Shown here piece after piece: positions 13,895 through 26,284 of a stretch of DNA of 64,000 bases. This DNA comes from Hypanus sabinus (taxonomy: Eukaryota). The stretch is taken from the NCBI RefSeq assembly GCF_030144855.1, contig NC_082713.1:134354001-134418000 (forward strand). The letters run 5' to 3'. The notes beneath the pieces are model-generated. The model had not been told where the DNA came from. It ran no database searches and was given only the letters and a program-made list of their open reading frames with translations. The translations under genes were made by a program, and so were the position numbers. The first letter of the stretch is position 1, and each line of letters opens with the position of its first letter.

Positions 13895-14345
13895 AATATG
13901 TGTGTATATTATGAGTATGAACCTATACGTAGACAACTGTGTGCATACACCTCAACAGGGATGTGTGTAAATACCCAAGAAGGATATTTTAACACCCCCG
14001 GGTCACTGCTCAGACAACAGCTTCACTACCTGTGTCCAACACCCCCCTGGGTATGTACACCCAGTTGAGTATAGACATGTGTGGACTTGAATGTAGGCCC
14101 ACATGCACATCTAGACACCAAACTATGTACGTGTGCACCAGAATAGGAGACTCCGTGTGCAAGACCGAGCACAAAATGGTGGATGTGCATCTGTATGTGA
14201 CCACACCTGAACACCTGTGTACATGGAACAGTTGTTATGTGTGCGCATCTGAATACCAACCTAATGTAAATTAGGGCTTTCCGGAGCAAAGGTTTCAGCT
14301 ACCTCGGGCTGTGTACCTAACATCAAGGGTTACTTACATATGTGC
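13895..14345. repeat. Degenerate TG/CA-rich minisatellite-like tract in the GPR37 intron
   Basis: Recurrent atgtgtg / tgtacacc / gtgcatct motifs at roughly 30-nt spacing. Confidence 0.45.
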
Positions 14346-14983
14346 TCTTGGGTTTATGTGGTGAAGGTGCAAAATGGAGGCTGTGGCTTGCAAGATCTCA
14401 GGATGTTGGGTTGATGTAGTGAACTTGTGTTGCTGGAAATGTCCTTTTTTGAATGGCTAAAGGGAGGTTTAAAGGAAATGAGAATGACAATGTTGCTGGG
14501 GGGGGGGCGTGGTTATTAATCAAAAGACACAAACATTTGGTAATTGGCAAAAGAACCAAGAGTAACATGAGACATTACATGGGGGGTTTGTGGAAGCTGA
14601 ACTAATGACATTTAATTGAGAACTGGAGGAGTCCTTGAAGGGAGAATAATTACAAGGTGGTGGGGAAAGAACAGGATTCTGGGATTGTTGGACAACTCTT
14701 TCAAGGAGCTAGTATGAGTCCCATGGTATGAGTGGCTAACAGTTACTGCTGAAGTTTCAAGTCAAAGTTCTGGTATACCTAGCCATCAAAGTGCCTGAGA
14801 TTAAATGCTTCTCCCTGAGCACAATATTGAGCAATATTGTTCAAATATTGTAATATATATTTTTAAAGAACCAACAAAGCAAAATCAGCATTAAGTAAAT
14901 GATGACTCTTACTTGAGAATTTTGTTTCTGCAATGTATAAAAGTAGACCATTAACGTTTTTCTCACGACTGTTCCTCTGGCAG

Positions 14984-15799
14984 GTTGCTTCCCTCGGAGT
15001 CACCACCTTCACTCTCTGCGCGCTGTGCATCGACAGGTTCCGAGCGGCCACCAACGTGCAGATGTACTACGAGATGATTGAGAACTGCTCGTCGACGGCA
15101 GCCAAGCTGGCTGTGATCTGGGTGGGCGCCATGCTGCTGGCGCTTCCTGAGGTCGCCCTTCGGCAGCTGTTAACTGAGGAGATCGCCTCCTCCTCGGCTA
15201 TCGTGGACCGCTGCATTGTGAGCATATCTCCCAAGCTGCCAGACTCCATTTACGTGCTGGCACTTACGTACGACAGCGCCAGAATGTGGTGGTACTTCGG
15301 CTGCTACTTCTGCCTGCCCACGCTGTTCACCATCGGGAGTTCCATTGTGACTGCAAGGAAAATCAGGAAGGCGGAGAAGTCCTGTGCCAGAGGAAATAAG
15401 CGTCAAATTCAACTCGAAGGCCAGATGAACTGCACCGTGGTGGCGCTGACCATTCTCTATGGCTTCTGCATCATCCCTGAAAACATCTGCAACATTGTGA
15501 CTGCTTACATGGCCACTGGGGTCTCCCAGCAGACGGTGGACCTTCTTCAGCTCATCAGCCAGTTCCTCTTGTTCTTTAAGTCCTGCGTGACCCCGGTGAT
15601 CCTGTTCTGCCTCTGTAAGCCCTTCAGCCGTGCCTTCCTGGACTGCTGCTGCTGCTGCTGTGAGGAATGTGGCCCCAAGTCATCCACTGTGGCCAGTGAC
15701 GACAATGACAACGAGTTTACCACCGAGCTCGAGCTTTCACCATTCAGCACGATACGGCGGGAGATGTCCACCTACACGTCTGTGGCCACACACTGTTGA
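14984..15799 (+). CDS. GPR37: GPR37 (prosaposin receptor / Pael-R, endothelin-B-receptor-like GPCR), last coding exon: TM3-TM7 and C-tail
   Basis: The translation [38 protein letters not shown]...[14 protein letters not shown]...CCCCCCEEC...[26 protein letters not shown] matches the vertebrate GPR37 sequence as I recall it. It follows a pyrimidine-rich tract and CAG acceptor (14981-14983), phase 0. The ORF-track ATG at 14933 is intronic. Confidence 0.96.
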   Translation, partial: VASLGVTTFTLCALCIDRFRAATNVQMYYEMIENCSSTAAKLAVIWVGAMLLALPEVALRQLLTEEIASSSAIVDRCIVSISPKLPDSIYVLALTYDSARMWWYFGCYFCLPTLFTIGSSIVTARKIRKAEKSCARGNKRQIQLEGQMNCTVVALTILYGFCIIPENICNIVTAYMATGVSQQTVDLLQLISQFLLFFKSCVTPVILFCLCKPFSRAFLDCCCCCCEECGPKSSTVASDDNDNEFTTELELSPFSTIRREMSTYTSVATHC

Positions 15800-16473
15800 A
15801 GCTTGGTGCCTTGACCTTTAACTTCTGGGGCAAGTGCCCTCTTTTGCCATGTTTCGACATCATCCGGGAAGAAACTTGACAGCACATCCTTTCCAATGTG
15901 ACCCAGGTTGACCAGAAGGCTTTGCAATTGTATATTCTGCCGTATCGTGTCAGATGTGCTAATGAGGTGGCGTTGGCAGTTCCCAGAGAGGCAATGGGAT
16001 GGTTGCAAGGCTTGGCAACTTGGCTGCAGAGGAGGGGAAGGAAGCCTGTGGCAGGATTAGAATTTAGGGTTTTATTTCCATCCATTCAGCATAATTCAGA
16101 ACATGTCGCACTGCCATGCTGAGTCAAGATCATGTGATCCCTAATCCATGTGTTCAACAAAAGCTTAAAGGTGAAGTCTGTAAAGTGTGACGTGCATAGG
16201 GAATTATGTGAACTAGCTAACATGCTGTATTTTGTTGTATAGTAACTGCAGCCAGCTGTCATCCTTTGACCATCTGGTTTGTAAGATTTAATGTTGGAAG
16301 CTGTGTACATGAGCAGTTCAGAGTTCTGACTCCCGATGTTGGCAATATATGGTTCCTATTTTGTGATGTTGGTTTTGTAAAATCAAGTTGTAAATCAAAA
16401 ACATAATTTTACTTTAATAATCCTCCATATGGGCTCTGTAACCATTTGTTTTTTTTTAAGAAGTTTCCTTGCA

Positions 16474-16479
16474 AATAAA
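16474..16479 (+). promoter_or_regulatory. Candidate GPR37 polyadenylation signal (AATAAA), implying a ~0.7 kb 3' UTR
   Basis: AATAAA lies ~675 nt after the stop codon and is followed by U/GU-rich sequence (ttatctttcttttgtt). Confidence 0.5.
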
Positions 16480-17699
16480 GTTGTAAGTTTAAAACAAGTT
16501 ATCTTTCTTTTGTTAAGCCCTGCCCTTATCACTGTGCATCAGTTGCGTTTCATTTGCTGAGCAAGACGTAGGATTCAGACGGGAGATCCATGAGCTAACT
16601 TGGCAGGTGATGACAGGCACAGTTGTAATGTCAAGAGTGCCAATGACATCATAATATCAAGAGTAATGGCAATGATGTGATGTTAATGGTAACGACGTGT
16701 TAATAACAATGGCAAACAAACTTACTGCTGTGCTTGAATTCCTGCCATTGAGCACATAGTTTGTTTACAGGTCAGAGGTATCGCACTTTCAAAATCTTGG
16801 TGCAGTTTTGTTGACAAACTAAATATGGATATACAGGCCACCATAAGTCTTTTGCTATTCAGGTAACAGAAGTTCCTGCTCTCAGGACTTACACGTCACT
16901 ATCTAAAAGATGGAGATACAAAAAATAAAGCTTTCTCTCTTAGAATTTGTGTGAGAAAAGTAAATCGAACATTTTTTAAAGCTTGCATTTCGTCGTGTTA
17001 TGTGCACACCATGCAACTTCTTGTTAACTCACAATTGCAATGCAGAACGTTTTCTAGGAACTCAGCCTCCTCCCCACCCCTCCTGTTGTGCGGGAGTTGT
17101 CTCTAGTTTGATATCTTGACCTTGAGATCAAGGGCAGTGGGATTTCTTTGCCTAAACTGGCCGCATCAAGTGTTGAGAGCAAAGCGTCAGGTGCAATTTG
17201 CTAAAAGCAATTTAATTGAGGAGTTCAAATAGTGCGATGTTCTGATAGAGCTGTTTGAGAGAAATTGCTGCCGCTGGCAGGAGATCAATAACTAGAAAGC
17301 AACTTGTTAAGATTAAGATCTAGTTGGAATCAAAAAGCCATATGGGGGATGGGCAAGGGGAAGGCTGCTTTAATGATGTGGAGTTCAGTGCTGGAAAGGC
17401 CAATGAACAAATGTCAAAGGGAAATTGGATGGGATTGTGATGCCCTGTCTGTCAATGGATACGTCAACAACAAAGCAGCCTGACACCATGTTGTTGCTGT
17501 TAACAGGAAGGTGCTGGTGTGTGGTAGGCCAGGTAAACTGTTGACGTAATGGCCCTGATTAAACCAGTCTGTTGATTAAATAGTCTGATAAGGAAGGTGC
17601 AAGTACTGGTCTTTAGAAATTAGGACCAACCAGCCTAAGCTTCCTTCTAAAGGGGAGAAGAAGGAGTGGCTTAGAACCAATCTTTGATTGTGTCATGGA

Positions 17700-18125
17700 G
17701 TCACAGAGCAGTGCAGCACAGAAACAAGCCCTTCAGTCCATCTAGTCCAAACTATTACTCTGCCTAGTCCCATTCACTGCATCTGGACCCTAGCCTTTTA
17801 TACCCGTCCCATCCATGTACTTAACCAAGTTTCTCTTAATTATTGAAATGGAACCTCCGTCCACCACTTCCACTGACAGTTCATTCCACACTCTCACCAG
17901 TCTCTGAGTGGAGACGTTCCCCCTCAGGTTCGCCTGAAATATTTCATCTCTCACCCTTAACCTACGATCTCCAGCTCTAGTCTCACCCAACCTCAGTGAA
18001 AAAAGCCTGCTTGTATTTTTCCCATTCATACCCCACATAATTTTGCATAGCTCTATCAAATGTTCCCTCATTCTCTTATGCTCTAGGATCTAAAGTCCTA
18101 AACTATTCAAACTTTCCCCATAACT
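17700..18125 (-). mobile_element. CR1 3' fragment
   Basis: REHLIELCKIM...QRLVRVWNEL translation; same subfamily tail as 610-970. Confidence 0.75.
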
Positions 18126-20129
18126 CATAGGTGAAGCATACCTCATAGGTCCTGTGTGGAGATCAGAAATCTAGGAGCAGTGACAAGTGGGGAAGAAAGG
18201 GGGGCAGTCACTGCATACTTGTGTATGAGACCTAGAGGGAGCCCACCAGCTCCTCCCTGCTTGCATGGAGTACAAAGAGCTCAAGGATTGGGATATCTTG
18301 CTCCAATGATATAGAGTCCTGAAACACTGACTTAAGGCTTTATCACCTTTATCACCCAATCTAAAATAGGTTACACATGTAATAGAAAGTGGGCAGTGAA
18401 GGACCACCAGGTTGATTTCCACTTTGTTCTATTAGGGGCAAGTAAGCAAAGTGAATCTTTATTTTTAATTGTGTAAGAACGGGAGATATTTGATCTTATC
18501 AACTTCCTACGTGGCTTGATAATGTAGATGCAGCGTTAAAGATTCTCATTGGGGAGTTTAGAATTGAAGGTCACAGTCTCGAGGCAAAGGTAAGCTATTC
18601 AAGACAGAGGTAAGTTTTTTTTATAAACTGAGAATGGGGAATCTTTATAATTTTCTGCCCAGTGGAGTGATGGAGCTTCATTCATTGAGCATATACAAGT
18701 CTGATAGAATTTTTACATTATGTGGTTAGTACAAGATATTGACACTGAGGTAAAAGATCAGACATGATCATGAGTGGCACACTCCTGCTTCTAATTCCTG
18801 GCAAGTATCCTGGCCAGACAGCACCTTCTGCTTTGGTCTCAAGCTCCAGCCTCCTCAATAGGTGAAATTTGAATCATTGCAACAATGATGTCATCAGCAA
18901 GTGACTTAGAAATCCCTGTTCTCTCATCTATCCACCGTGCCCCCCACCCCGCCACACTTGACCACCTACTTTTGCAGGAATTCATCTCAGATTGATGACC
19001 TTGAGTTTATCTGTCCACTGTGAAGAAGATTGCTCATCTAATATTCTTCACATCCCAGCCTCCTCCCATTCACAAAGAAGAAGTGGCTGACAATATTAAA
19101 CTTGAGAATATTACCTTTGTTGCGCAAGAACCACTAAAAATACACTCAATGTTATACTCTATTAGGAAGTTGGCACTGTCCTTCAAATGGGTTGTCATTT
19201 AAAAAAATGCCAGCTTTCAAGCTATTAGACATCTAAATGACGTACAAAGGTCATGACTGTGCATGGTAGAAACTGTGAGGGTTCCTTCGAGAGCAATAAT
19301 CTGTGCAAATCAGTGGAAAATAGATCACACATAATAACAGGTTTGGCTGTGGAATATGTAGATGGAGCCTTTCATTATCAGTGATGTCCCAGTCTAATGG
19401 TTGGCACCCCGGGCGTTGGCCTTGAAGATCACTTCCAAACCCCAGTTGACCTTCTACCCATTTCAATGCAAATCACAATGTTGACAATTGGAGTACTAAC
19501 GATCAGACTGACTGATGAGAATCTCTCTGAAGTGAAACATCAAAATTGCACGCAAGTGAAAAATTTCTCAGAGCAAGCCACTTAAAATTATAAGAGTTCC
19601 ATTATTGCATGTGTTTCTCACTATTAAGACCAGCTGCTGACATTCAGCATACTCTGATGTAATCCTATACTTGAATGTGTTTCATAAGTTTTGGTGACAT
19701 TTTCAATGTTTGACTGTATGATATTTGTTTCAAGCTGCAGTTATTTGATGGTGGTGTCCTTTACCTTCTTTAGATCAAGTTTCTTTTTCCAAACTCTTTA
19801 GATTCTTGAAGGTTCAGAAGTATTTTGGGAAACAATGAAGTCACCAAAATTGATATCATCCACCACAATATGCACTATCTGTTCAGATGCATAATCGCTA
19901 TTGTAAATGCTCTATAAGTGTGGGATGAAGACCTCCTACCCAGATGTGAAGCCGTGCAGAAATCATCAACCTATGTCCTGCTTTTCTTGGTCCCACATTA
20001 TACTTACCTAAGCAGATATTTGTTATTGGTAATTGGTTTAATAATGTCACATGTACTGGGGCACAGTGAAAATCTGCATGCTCTTCATATACATTATTAC
20101 AAAACTTAAGTATGTCAATGTAGTACAAG

Positions 20130-20700
20130 AGAACATGCAATCACAGAATGGAGATACAGTGTTACTGTTACAGAGAAAATGCGGTGGTTGAATAAATAGG
20201 GTGTAAAGACCATGATGAAGTAGACTGAGATATCAATGGTTTATCTTTATCCATTTATAAGTCTTGTACCAGTAGGATGAAAGCTTTCCTTGAGCCTGGT
20301 GGTGCACACTTTCAAGTTTTTATATCTGCAGGAAATAAACAGAAGAGAAAATTACTGCAATAAAATATGCCTTTGTTTATGCTGGCTGTTCCTCCAAGGC
20401 AGCAGGACATGAAGACAGAGTCAGTGAAGGGGAGGCTGCTTTTCATGATGCCCTGAGCTGTGTCCAGTTTTTTGTGTTATGTAAACAAACAATTGCCATA
20501 CAAGCTTTGATACATACAAATAGGAAGCTTCCAGTGGTGCCCCTATAAAAACTGTTGAGTATCAATATGGACATGCTGTACTTACTCAGCCTTCTAAGGA
20601 AGTCAAAGTGCTGATGCACATTCTTGGCCAAGTGACCCGTGGCTGGTGATATTCATACCTAGAAACTTCAATCTATCAACCATCTCCAGCTCAGCACCAG
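20130..20700 (-). mobile_element. Old Rex/Babar-like LINE 3' fragment
   Basis: AKNVHQHFDFLRRLSK...FYRGTTGS translation. Confidence 0.55.
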
Positions 20701-21804
20701 AGAGGTATTCATATTTTTAGGAAAACTTTCATTTTCAAATTCATAGCAAAAAATGTCTCCAGTATAAATATTTTATTCTGTGTGATTTCACTTGATATTT
20801 TGATGTCTGCAAATTTCCACACCACACTTAAACCTGAAAGCCTGAACATCTATAACATATTAAGGCAAATATGGAAAGTGCTATTTAAGAGATAACAAAC
20901 TGAGAAGAAATCTATCATGATATGACTGTCAGAAAGAATCCATGGAATTATAATGATCTGGAACTTTTAGCCTGAGAGACTGTTGGAAGTTCTTTCAACA
21001 GTAACTTTCAGAAGTGAGATAGTTACAAACCTGAGGGGAGAAGGTATGTAGGACTTTGAAGTGAAAAGGCAGGAGAATTGAATGTGATGAATTGAATAGC
21101 TCTTTCAAAGCATCCAGGGATGCTCAGCAGACTAAATTCTCTCCTAACGTTATAAAATTCAAAGTAATTTCAACACTGATATGGATAATTAGCATGACTG
21201 TGGAATGTAATCAAGTAATACTTACCAAAAAACTTCCAAATGTCATCTTGAACTTTGCATTGAGCAAAAAAATCTAAAAATAAGTTGGATACAAAAATTA
21301 TTTTTGAATAGGAAATGTCTTCAGTTGTGTTTTGATCATAATCTTTGCTCCTCATTCTTCAGATTCATCAGAGACACTCAGTAAGGTAGGTAACATCTCC
21401 CCTGATGAGCCTGTGTCTTGACCTTTGTGAGCTCTTTAATGCTTAATGCCAAAGTAATTTGGGAGACTATTTTTGTAGAGCATTTTATTTGTTAAATTTA
21501 ATGTGTTATGTCTCTGAAAAATAAATTTTGTGCTTGGTGAAATATTGTGTTGTTTTGTCAATTGTGTTGTGTGGCACATTTTAAGATTCCCATTGGATTT
21601 TATGAGTTTATCTACAAAATCACTTAAAAATGACCTGAAAACAAATTGGTTATGATGATAGACAATCTTGAAGGGGCCAGAAGTCCTCATTTTAAACCTG
21701 GGAATTAATCAATGCTCACTAATTATTTGACTTGTTCTTGTGGAAGTGTTGGCTGGAGTATGACTTCACAACTGGAGTGCTATACAAAGAATTCAATACC
21801 TTTG

Positions 21805-22117
21805 CAATGTATGAAACGTATAAAATTCTAAAGGGATTGCATGATGCAGGAAGGTTGTTTCCAATGTTGGGGAAGTCCAGAACGAGGGGTCACAGTTTAA
21901 GGATAAAGGGGAAGCTTTTTAGGACCAAGATGAGGAAAAACTTCTTCACACAGAGTGGTGAATCTGTGGAATTCTCTGCCACAGGAAACAGTTGAGGCCG
22001 GTTCATTGGCTATATTTAAGAAGAAGTTAGATATGGCCCTTGTGGCTAAAGGGATCGGGGGTATGGAGAGAAAGCAGGTACAGGGTTTTGAATTGGATGA
22101 TCAGCCATGATCATACT
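21805..22117 (+). mobile_element. CR1 3' fragment; its tail continues at 26497-26567 after the Gypsy insertion
   Basis: YETYKILKGL...SRTRGHSLRIKG...RKNFFTQ; the tail gatcagccatgatcatact|gaatggtggtgcaggctc is split by the LTR element. Confidence 0.85.
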
Positions 22118-22314
22118 TGTGGTGAACTACATATACCTGTCTAGACACACCCCTCTGCTGACTGGTCCTGTGGGTCCTGCCACAGACCCCTGTATAAAGG
22201 CAGTTGGAGGCACTGCTCCTCCCTCAGTCTCCAGGATGTTGTGTGGTGGTCTCTTGCAGCTAATAAAAGCCTATCGTTCGCCTCCCATCTCCGAGAGTTA
22301 TTGATGGTGCATCA
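22118..22314 (+). repeat. 5' LTR of the Gypsy element (197 bp; TATA-like TATAAA ~22193, AATAAA 22262-22267)
   Basis: Direct repeat of 26285-26491 with TGT...TCA termini. Confidence 0.93.
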
Positions 22315-22339
22315 ATGCTATTAGCTGCAATTTTAAAAC

Positions 22340-23770
22340 ATGGAGAGCATTTTACGACCAGAGAAATTGGACATTGATCCTCGATCTCCCGAAGCCATTG
22401 CCTTTGAACTCTGGCTTGCATGTTTCCAATCGTACCTGGAAGAGATTCACGTGACTGAGCCTGCTATCATGCACAGAGTCCTCCTCTCCAGGGTCAGTCC
22501 GTGGGTGTACTCCCTAATCAGGGACCTGCCGACCTACCAAGGGGCACTGGACGCCCTCAAAAGACAGTACCTGCGGCGGGTGAACACCATCTACGCAAGA
22601 CATTGCTTAGCGATGCAGCGGCAGCGGGCCGGAGAGTCGAGCGCTGAGTTTGTCCAAGCCCTACAGACACTCATGCGGGCCTGCGACTGCAGGGGACTGA
22701 CGGCGAAACAGCATGCGGAGCTCCTGGTACGAGACGCCTTTGATACGGGGATCAGGTCAGTGTATGTGTGCCAGCGGCTGCTGGAAAATGCTGATCTTAC
22801 CTTACGCTCGGCGATCGAGATGGCCGACATGCTGGAGGCTGCTCTGCACAACGCTGACACTGTCCAGCCACGCAATCTCCCGCCGGTCCCATTGACGCTG
22901 CAGACCCCGACACCCGCCGGTGAATCGACCACAGCTGCTGCCACTCGTGAGTCCGTGAACTCCCCGCAACCCGCCAGCGAATCGACCATGGCTGCTGCCA
23001 GTCGCGAGCCCGTGAATTCTCCGCAATCGATCACGGCTTCTGCCAGTCGCAAGTCTGCGCAGTGTTACTTCTGCGGACTCGAAAAGCACCCCCGAAAACG
23101 CTGCCCGGCCCGAGAAGCTACCTTCTCCGGCTGCAGAAAGAAGGGCCACTTCACCAAGGCCTGTAAGTCTAAACCACGGGCGGGGTCAAGCAGCGCCGCG
23201 TGTGAGGCATGGGGGCGGCCATCTTTGTCGGCGCCACCACGCCCCGCCTCCAACCCACGGGTGCTTACCAGGCACCAAGACGGCGATTCAACTCTGGCCT
23301 CCGTAACCCTCGACCAAAGCGCTCTACACCAGCTTGCAAGGTCAATGATGGACATCCTGGTGGAGGGGCACAGGACTAGCTGCCTGTTTGACACGGGCAG
23401 CACTGAGAGTTTTATTCACCCGGACACGGTGCAACGCTGCGGACTCGTGACACAGCTGGTAAGCCGGAGGGTCACCATGGCTTCTGGATCGCATTCCACA
23501 GACATCCGGGGGGGCTGTGTAGCGACATTGGTGCTGCAGGGCACAGAATATCGGAACTTTGTGTTACTGGTCATGCCTCAACTATGTGCCCCTGTGCTAT
23601 TGGGGCTTGACTTCCAGAGCCACCTGAAAAGTGTGACAATGGAGTATGACAGGCCCCTCCCACCAATCACTGTCAGAAATCCTCAGTTTTGTGGGACTTC
23701 ATCATATACCCACACACACACACCAACCCACACATCCCACCCAACACCATGCCAACGGCTGTGCTACTGA
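22340..23770 (+). pseudogene. Gypsy gag-protease region
   Basis: Capsid-like N-terminus, zinc knuckles (CYFCGLEKHPRKRC; degenerate second SGCRKKGHFTKAC), aspartic protease LFDTGS and LLGLDF. The frame shifts to pol in the CA-rich tract ~23700-23760. Confidence 0.88.
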
Positions 23771-26219
23771 CACCACTTGCAGCCTCTCCACCCTCAAGAT
23801 CCCTCCCCCACCGCTGTTCACCAGTCTGACCCCCGACTGTAAACCTGTGGCAACTAAAAGCAGGCGGTACAGCGCGGGGGACAGGGCCTTTATTCAGTCG
23901 GAGGTGCAGCGGCTGCTCAGGGAGGGGATCATTGAGCCAAGCACAAGTCCTTGGAGGGTCCAGACGGTCATTGTTCAGACAGGGCAGAAAAATAGGATGG
24001 TCGTGGACTATAGCCAGACCATCAATGGGTTCACGCAGCTTGACACTTACCCCCTACCCTGCATCGCGGATATGGTCAATCAGATAGCTCAGTACAAGGT
24101 GTACTCGACCATAGACCTGAAATCCGCTTACCATCAGCTCCCCATCCGCCCGGAGGACCGCCCCTACAGTGCCTTCGAAGTGGGCAGCAGGCTCTATCAC
24201 TTCCTGCGCATCCCCTTCAGTGTCACGAATGGTGTCTCTGTCTTCCAGAGGGAAATAGACCGGATAATGGACCAGTGCCAACTGAAGGCCATGTTCCCAT
24301 ATCTGGATAACATCACCATCTGCAGTCACAACTGGCAGGATCACGACACTAACCTCCAACGATTTTTCCAAGCGGCCAAGGCTCTTAACCTCACCTATAA
24401 CAGGGACAAGTGTGTGTTCGGAACCACCCGACTTGCTATCCTTGGGTATGTTGTGGAGAACGGGGTCATTGGCCCTGACCCCAACCGTATGTGCCCCCTG
24501 TTGGAATTCCACCCTCAGAGCCCTCAAACGGTGCCTGGGCTTCTTTTCCTATTATGCCCAATGGGTCCCTCTCTACGCAGACAAGGCTCGCCCCCGGTCA
24601 AGTCCACCGCATTTCCCCTCTCAGCCAAGGCCCACGCGGCCTTCAGCTGCATTAAAGGGGACATTACCAAAGCAACGATGCATGCAGTGGACGAGACTAT
24701 TCCCTTCCAAGTAGAGAGTGACGCCTCCGACTTCGCGCTGGCTGATACCCTCAATCAGGCAGTAAGGCTGGCAGCATTCTTCTCTCGTACCCTTCAAGGC
24801 CCTGAAATTCGGCACTCCACGGCGGAGAAAGAAGACCAGGCCATAGTGGAAGCTATTAGGCACTGGAGGCACTATCTCGCCGGCAAAAGGTTCACCTTGC
24901 TGACCGACCAGCGCTCAGTTGTGTTCATGTTCAGCCACCAACAGCGGGGCAAAATCAAAAATGATAAAATTTTGTGGTGGAGAATGGAACTCTCCACCTA
25001 CAACTTTGATATCCTGTACCGGCCTGGAAGACTCAATAAGCCCCCTGATGCCCTATCACGGGGAGCATGTGCCAGCACACAGCTCCACCGGCTATACTCC
25101 CTCCATGCACATCTTTGCCACCCAGGGGTCACCCAATTTTACCATTTCATGAAAGCCCGGAACCTGCCTTACTCCCTTGAGGAAATCAGGACGACCACCA
25201 GGGACTGCCAAGTCTGCGCTGAGTGAAAACCGCACTTCTACCATCCTGAAAAAGCACAACTTATCAAGGTCACCCACCCTTTTGAGTGACTAAGTGTTGA
25301 CCTTAAGGGCCCCCTTCCCTCCACCGACCGCAATGTCTACTTTCTCAACATAATCGACGAGTACTCGCGGTTCCCTTTGCCAGCCCCTGCCCCGATACCA
25401 CTGCTACATCCGTCTTAAAAGCCCTGCGCCAGCTCTTCACTCTGTTCAAATATCCCTGCTATATCCACAGTGACAAAGGGTCCTCATTTATGAGTGACGA
25501 GCTGCGCCAGTACCTGCTGGCTCGGGGTATTGCTACTAGTAGGACCACGAGCTATAATCCCCGGGGGAATGGATAGGTGGAGAGGGAGAATGCCACTGTG
25601 TGGAAGGCCACACTTTTAGCCCTTAGGTCAAAGGGGTTGCCGGTCTCTCGCTGGCAGGAGGTCCTCCCTGAGACACTCCACTCCATCCGCTCCCTGTTAT
25701 GCACGTCCACCAATGCCACCCCTCATGAGCGACTCTTTTCTTTTCCCAGGAAGTCTGCCACTGGGACCACCCTACCGGCTTGGCTGACGACCCCCGGAAA
25801 CATACGAGGAGCAATAAATACTCCCCGATGGTCGAGAGGGTTCACCTAATTCATGCGAATCCCCAGTATGCCTACGTGGTCTTACCTGATGGGTGGGAGG
25901 ACATGGTCTCCATCCGCAACCTGGCACCCGCAGGAGCACCAGACCCCTACCCCGAACACTCCACGGTGACTATGAACCCCGTACCCACCGAGGTGTATAC
26001 CCACGAGACACCACACACACCAAACCCTACACAGACTCCTCACGACACTCCCATACCAGGTGCCACACACACGCATGAGGGATTACTGACACCTCAAGTC
26101 AGGCCGGAACCAGCACAACCACCGTCTCCGGTGCAATCACCACCGGCACTGGTGCAATCACAGCCGGTGCTACGTAGATCGCAGCGACAGATTTGACCAC
26201 CTGATAGACTTAACCTGTA
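23646..26219 (+). pseudogene. Gypsy pol (RT, RNase H, integrase), disrupted
   Basis: RT motifs RMVVDY, IDLKSAYHQ and YLDN (catalytic YxDD mutated); RNase H ESDASD and LLTDQRS; integrase HHCC (HAHLCHPG...CQVC) followed by a stop at 25224-25226; the core (IIDEYSR, IHSDKG, ERENA) is frameshifted; the tail is LRRSQRQI*PPDRLNL. Confidence 0.9.
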
Positions 26220-26284
26220 AATATACTTGTAAGAAACATCACCCCATGGGGACTCTCTTTTAAAACAAAGGGGGGGGGGGTGAA

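Larger units (their letters stand above)
1..14983 (+). other. GPR37: 3' part of the GPR37 intron (exon 1 is upstream of the window)
   Basis: No GPR37 N-terminal/TM1-2 coding sequence is seen upstream; the region is repeat-rich and ends in a canonical acceptor. Mammalian GPR37 has two coding exons split at this position. Confidence 0.75.

Noticed and set aside
14933-14983. ATG-initiated 288-aa single-exon ORF
   Set aside because: The first 17 codons are intronic (pyrimidine tract + CAG). Homology begins at VASLG and TM1-2 are missing, so this is a terminal exon.
25780-26196. Separate env-like or accessory ORF at the Gypsy 3' end
   Set aside because: It is the frameshifted integrase C-terminus with a Pro/Thr-rich tail; no signal peptide or transmembrane segment.
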